The position numbers and the translations under genes are program-made. This document shows, one piece after another, positions 60,292 to 64,000 of a stretch of DNA of 64,000 nt (positions are counted from its first letter, which is position 1; each line of letters begins with the position of its first letter). This DNA comes from an uncultured Polyangiaceae bacterium (lineage in GTDB: Bacteria; Myxococcota_A; Polyangia; Polyangiales; Polyangiaceae): assembly GCA_964487605.1 (NCBI GenBank), contig CAZARU010000014.1, forward strand, positions 2,495 through 66,494. Direction: 5' to 3'. The notes below the pieces were generated by a model. The model saw nothing but the letters and a program-made list of their open reading frames with translations. It made no database searches and was not told where the DNA came from.

Positions 60292-63021
60292 ATGACCTTT
60301 GCCCCCACCTCGTGGCGCCCAGCAGTTTCGGCGGTCGCCCTCGCAGCGGCGACGCTCGCCGCCCCCCTCGCGTGCGGCAGCGATGCCGAGACCTCGGGTG
60401 GCGGCCGGGGCGGATCGTCGGGAAGCGCGGGAACGACGGATGCTGGCCCGGACGGCGCCGGCGCGGCCGGGTTCGGCGGCATCGGGGGTACCTCGGGTGT
60501 GGGCGGCACGGGCGGCGCGGACGCGGGCGACGCCGCCGCGTGCGTCCACACCGGACCGCCCGTCGCCGATCCGTCGCTTTTTCCGGTGTGTCCGCTGTGC
60601 GACAACGCGCGGTGCGTCCCGTCGAACCTGGTGCCCGCGGAGACGCTCGACCGCCTGGCGGACTGCGCGGACGGGACGAGCAAGTGCGTCCCGGACGACT
60701 TCGTCGTCACCGGCGGCAACTTCCTCCTCGAGACGTGCCGATCGTTGAACGACGCCGAAGGGCGGTGCGTGTCCTTGTGCGTTCCGCAGGTCCAGGCACA
60801 GGCGGGCTTTCTTCCGACCGCGACGTGCCAGTCCGACGAGCGCTGCGCTCCGTGCTTCGATCCTACGACCGGCGAGAGCACCGGTGCGTGCAACCTCGCC
60901 TGTGATCCGGGACCGACGGAGCCGCCCAAGACGTTCACCAAGTGCTGCGGGGGAATCGGGTCGTGTGTGCCCACCTCCGCGGTACCCACGGACCTGCAGT
61001 CGAAGCTGGGTGCGGATTCTTGCGTCGGCACCGACGAGCTCTGCGCGCCGGACGACTTCGTCGACCCCACGTTCAAGCCGGCCACCTGCCGCTCCGTGTC
61101 GAACGCCGAAGGGCGCTGCATTCCCGCCTGCGTGCCCCAGGTCGCGTCCCAGGCCAGCTTTCTCCCCAAAGACTCCTGCCCCGACGAGCACCTCTGCGCG
61201 CCGTGCTTCGATCCCACGACGGGCGAAGACACGGGGAGCTGCACGCTGAACGGCGACATGCCCACCGAACCGCCGGTGACGTTCACCAAGTGCTGCAAGG
61301 AGCTCGGCTCCTGCGTTCCCCAGAGCATCGTCCCCACGGCGCAACGGTCGTTCCTGGGCCCGGATACCTGCGCAGGCTCCGGCGAGCTGTGCGCTCCGAA
61401 CGCGCTCATCGACAGCTCGTTCACCCCACCGCTCTGCACCAGCGTCAACGGCGCCGAGGGACGCTGTCTCCCCGACTGTCTGCCGGCCGTCGCGGCCCAG
61501 GCGAGCCAGCTCCCGAAGGACACGTGCGACGACGACCACCTGTGTGCACCGTGCTACGACCCCGTGAGCGCCCAGAGCACGGGCGCGTGCACGCTCAACG
61601 GCGACATGCCGATGAACCCGCCCACGACGTTCGACAAGTGCTGCGGCGGTATCGGCTCGTGCGTGCCGACCACCCTCGTTCCCACGGCTCAGCAGGCGCT
61701 GCTCGGCACCGACACGTGCGCGGGAACGGGCGTCCTGTGCGCCCCCGACACGCTCACGAGCTCGAGCGCGCAGCCGCCGAGGTGTACGTCCCTCGCGGGC
61801 GCAGAGGGTCGCTGCCTGGCCGACTGCATTCCCGCCGTCGCCGCCCAGGCCAGCTTGCTCCCGCGGGACGTCTGCGCCGCGCAGCACCTCTGCGCGCCGT
61901 GCTTCGACCCGACCTCGGGGACGGCCACCGGAGCGTGCTCCATCAACGGCGACATGCCGACCGAGCCCCCGGTCACCTTCGACCCCTGCTGCGGTGGCAT
62001 CGGCTCGTGCGTCCCGCGGACGATCGTGCCGCCCGCGCAGCAATCGCTCCTCGGCACCGACACGTGCACCGGGGCGAGTGATCTCTGCGCACCCAACGAG
62101 CTCACGAGTTCTTCGTTCCAGCCGCCTTCTTGCTCGAGCGTCGGCGGCTTCGAGGGACGCTGCTTGCCGGCGTGCCTGCCTCCCGTGGCGGCTCAAGCGG
62201 CTCGTCTACCGCGCGACACGTGTGCGGCGACCCACCTGTGTACGCCGTGTTACGACCCCATCTCCGCGGCGGACACCGGAGCGTGCAAGCTCAACGGCGA
62301 CACGCCCGCAGGCCCCCCGCAGACGTTCGAGAACTGCTGCGGTGGCCTCGGCTCGTGCGTGCCCCCCGCGCTCGTCCCGCCTGCGCAGCAGTCGCTGCTC
62401 GGCCGGGACACGTGCAGCGGCACGACGGACCTCTGCGCGCCGGATCAGCTCGCCGATTCGTCCTTCACTCCGCCGTCGTGCTCGTCACTCGGCGGCGTGG
62501 AGGGGCGGTGCCTCCCGTCGTGCCTCCCGAGCGTGGCGGCGAGGGCCAGCCAGCTTCCCCGCGGGACGTGCGCGACGGGTCACCTCTGCGCACCCTGCTT
62601 CGACCCGATCACGGGCACGAGCACTGGCGCCTGCGGCCTGAACGGCGACGCGCCGGTCAACCCGCCCGTGGTCTTCCAGAAGTGCTGCCCCTTCGGCGGC
62701 AGCGACCGCGGTACCTGCATCCCGACGACGGCGCTCACGTCCGGCCAGGTGAGCAGCCTCCCGGTGAACAGCTGCCCGAACGACACCTGGCGGTGCGTGC
62801 CGAACCTCAAGGTGAGCGACCCGAGCGCGAAGTTTCCGACGTGCTCGATCCCGAACATCCTCCCCTTCCTTCCGCCGGACCCGGGGGCCTGCGTCCCCGA
62901 CTGCATCATCACCGATCCGTTGCAGCTGCTCGTGCTGCAGCGGCGCTCCTGCGCAGCCGGCGAGCTCTGCGCCCCCTGCACGAACCCGCTCGGCGGCGGC
63001 AGCACGGGCGCGTGCGACTGA
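60292..63021 (+). CDS. Cys-rich repeat lipoprotein (909 aa; seven to eight 116-aa repeats, 12 Cys each)
   Basis: SD GGAGGAA lies upstream. A signal peptide with Cys28 and a Gly-rich linker are followed by repeats of CCGGIGSCVP...LCAPD...GAEGRC[LI]P.C[LV]P.VA.QA..LP.D.C...HLCAPC[FY]DP..G..TGAC.LNGD.P..PP.TF. Confidence 0.85.
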   Translation: MTFAPTSWRPAVSAVALAAATLAAPLACGSDAETSGGGRGGSSGSAGTTDAGPDGAGAAGFGGIGGTSGVGGTGGADAGDAAACVHTGPPVADPSLFPVCPLCDNARCVPSNLVPAETLDRLADCADGTSKCVPDDFVVTGGNFLLETCRSLNDAEGRCVSLCVPQVQAQAGFLPTATCQSDERCAPCFDPTTGESTGACNLACDPGPTEPPKTFTKCCGGIGSCVPTSAVPTDLQSKLGADSCVGTDELCAPDDFVDPTFKPATCRSVSNAEGRCIPACVPQVASQASFLPKDSCPDEHLCAPCFDPTTGEDTGSCTLNGDMPTEPPVTFTKCCKELGSCVPQSIVPTAQRSFLGPDTCAGSGELCAPNALIDSSFTPPLCTSVNGAEGRCLPDCLPAVAAQASQLPKDTCDDDHLCAPCYDPVSAQSTGACTLNGDMPMNPPTTFDKCCGGIGSCVPTTLVPTAQQALLGTDTCAGTGVLCAPDTLTSSSAQPPRCTSLAGAEGRCLADCIPAVAAQASLLPRDVCAAQHLCAPCFDPTSGTATGACSINGDMPTEPPVTFDPCCGGIGSCVPRTIVPPAQQSLLGTDTCTGASDLCAPNELTSSSFQPPSCSSVGGFEGRCLPACLPPVAAQAARLPRDTCAATHLCTPCYDPISAADTGACKLNGDTPAGPPQTFENCCGGLGSCVPPALVPPAQQSLLGRDTCSGTTDLCAPDQLADSSFTPPSCSSLGGVEGRCLPSCLPSVAARASQLPRGTCATGHLCAPCFDPITGTSTGACGLNGDAPVNPPVVFQKCCPFGGSDRGTCIPTTALTSGQVSSLPVNSCPNDTWRCVPNLKVSDPSAKFPTCSIPNILPFLPPDPGACVPDCIITDPLQLLVLQRRSCAAGELCAPCTNPLGGGSTGACD
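60943..62682 (+). repeat. five well-conserved 348-bp (116-codon) tandem repeats, starting at 60943, 61291, 61639, 61987 and 62335
   Basis: Each unit begins with TGCTGC at an exact 348-nt spacing. More divergent units flank them at about 60541-60942 and 62683-63018. The DNA is only moderately similar between units, but the Cys spacing is strictly kept. Confidence 0.9.
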
Positions 63022-63049
63022 TGCGGCCGCCGAAGCGACTCCGACGCCG

Positions 63050-64000
63050 TCAGAGGGTCTTCAGGTACTCGATGACGGCGCGTCGTTCGTCGCTCGTCAG
63101 GTGGTCCCCGAAGGTGTGCCCTCGGTTGGACTGGCTGAAGTACGTCGTGTCGTAGATGTACTTCTGCTCCTCGGCAGGTGCCGACGCCTGCGGCCCCGTC
63201 TCGAGCCAGGGCCAACCCATGGCGTCCTCGTCGAAGTTCTTGCTGTCGTAGTCGACGCGCTTCCAGTACGTGGGACGCGCCTTGCTGTTCAGCACGAGCT
63301 CGACCGTCGGCACGGAGGCGTTGTGCAGGTAGGGGGCCGTCGCCCAGATCCCGTCGAGAGGGGGCGCGACATAGCCGGCGAAAGGATCGTTCGGCTCCAT
63401 GCGGGTGATCTCCCCGTAGAAGGAGCCGTTGTACCAGTCTACGAGCTCCGGCGCGTGGACCGTACCCGCCTCGGCGACGGCGGGGTCGGTCCCGATGACG
63501 TCGAGAGGCAGCAGCAGGTTCGGATAGGTGTCGTCCTCCTCCGTCGCCCCGTAGGTGCCGTGACAGCCGGCGCAGCTCTTCGCGAACACCTTGGAGCCGC
63601 GCTCGGCGAGCGCCGCGTCCACCGCGCGAGAGTACTCGGGCGGACGAACGGTCAGGATGAACGCCTGAATGTCCCTGAACATGTCGTCCACCTCGCGCGC
63701 GCGCTCGACGGTATCGACGCACACGCTCGTCGCGAGCGCCATGGTCCCGCGATGATCACCCCGTGCCATGCCGTTGTAGAAGAGGGCGTTCTTCTTGTTC
63801 GCGCGCCACCAGGGCGGTGGATCGCTCGTCACGCGCGGGTCCTCGATGGGATTGCCATCGTGGTCGCGGACGACGACGGAAGTGACCGGCTCGTCGCTCC
63901 ACGCCAGGGTGTCGCGGTCGTGGTGCGACATGAGGATGACGGCGAGCATCTCCGCGGGGTTCATGCCGACGGTTCGCATCGCGGTCACCTTGCCGATGAC
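63050..64000 (-). CDS. c-type cytochrome / di-haem cytochrome c peroxidase-like protein, 5'-truncated by the window edge
   Basis: Haem-binding CAGCH (CxxCH). PPLDGIWATAPYLHNASVPT resembles the conserved CCP/MauG-family segment. The frame stays open to base 64000, so the N-terminus probably lies outside the window. Confidence 0.7.
   Translation of the reverse strand, partial: VIGKVTAMRTVGMNPAEMLAVILMSHHDRDTLAWSDEPVTSVVVRDHDGNPIEDPRVTSDPPPWWRANKKNALFYNGMARGDHRGTMALATSVCVDTVERAREVDDMFRDIQAFILTVRPPEYSRAVDAALAERGSKVFAKSCAGCHGTYGATEEDDTYPNLLLPLDVIGTDPAVAEAGTVHAPELVDWYNGSFYGEITRMEPNDPFAGYVAPPLDGIWATAPYLHNASVPTVELVLNSKARPTYWKRVDYDSKNFDEDAMGWPWLETGPQASAPAEEQKYIYDTTYFSQSNRGHTFGDHLTSDERRAVIEYLKTL

Noticed and set aside
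59377-62196. 939-aa and 587-aa (59760-61523) ORFs on the - strand, antisense to the Cys-rich repeat gene.
   Set aside because: The + strand frame gives a strictly periodic 12-Cys repeat with an SD and a signal peptide. The antisense translations are Arg-rich with no conserved periodic residues.

Overview
Very GC-rich (about 70% by eye) chromosomal window, densely packed with about 40 protein genes on both strands. I found no rRNA, tRNA, CRISPR array, transposase or integrase. The domain repertoire suggests a Myxococcota genome (inference only): three eukaryote-like Ser/Thr kinases, two of them fused to cyclase-like + AAA/STAND + TPR modules; a TIGR02265/DUF2378-like domain; a PilZ domain; VKOR in place of DsbB; and many large lipoproteins. 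Recognisable housekeeping genes are grpE-dnaK, dnaJ, uvrD/pcrA, proC, asd, thyX, nadA, tsaE, mlaE, menB and an sdhCAB-like operon. The most unusual items are: (1) a small exported Cys/His/Met-rich protein built from near-identical 93-bp tandem repeats (42722-43240). It lies just after the sdhCAB-like operon and just before an HExxH lipoprotein, convergent with a tightly coupled operon of VKOR-DsbA, an OmpA-like protein, a TlpA-like protein and a kinase/PLP phospho-lyase fusion. (2) An SdhA-like flavoprotein lacking the covalent-FAD His and the HGxNRL Arg. (3) A 909-aa lipoprotein made of 116-residue, 12-Cys repeats. (4) A giant P-type ATPase preceded by a degenerate copy of its own P-domain. 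(5) An esterase-family protein whose motif order looks circularly permuted. (6) A non-canonical Hsp70 operon that ends in a giant kinase. All family assignments come from motif recognition by eye. No database search was run, and start codons are often GTG/TTG and uncertain. Most long ORFs in the track that run antisense to these genes are high-GC shadow ORFs and were rejected.
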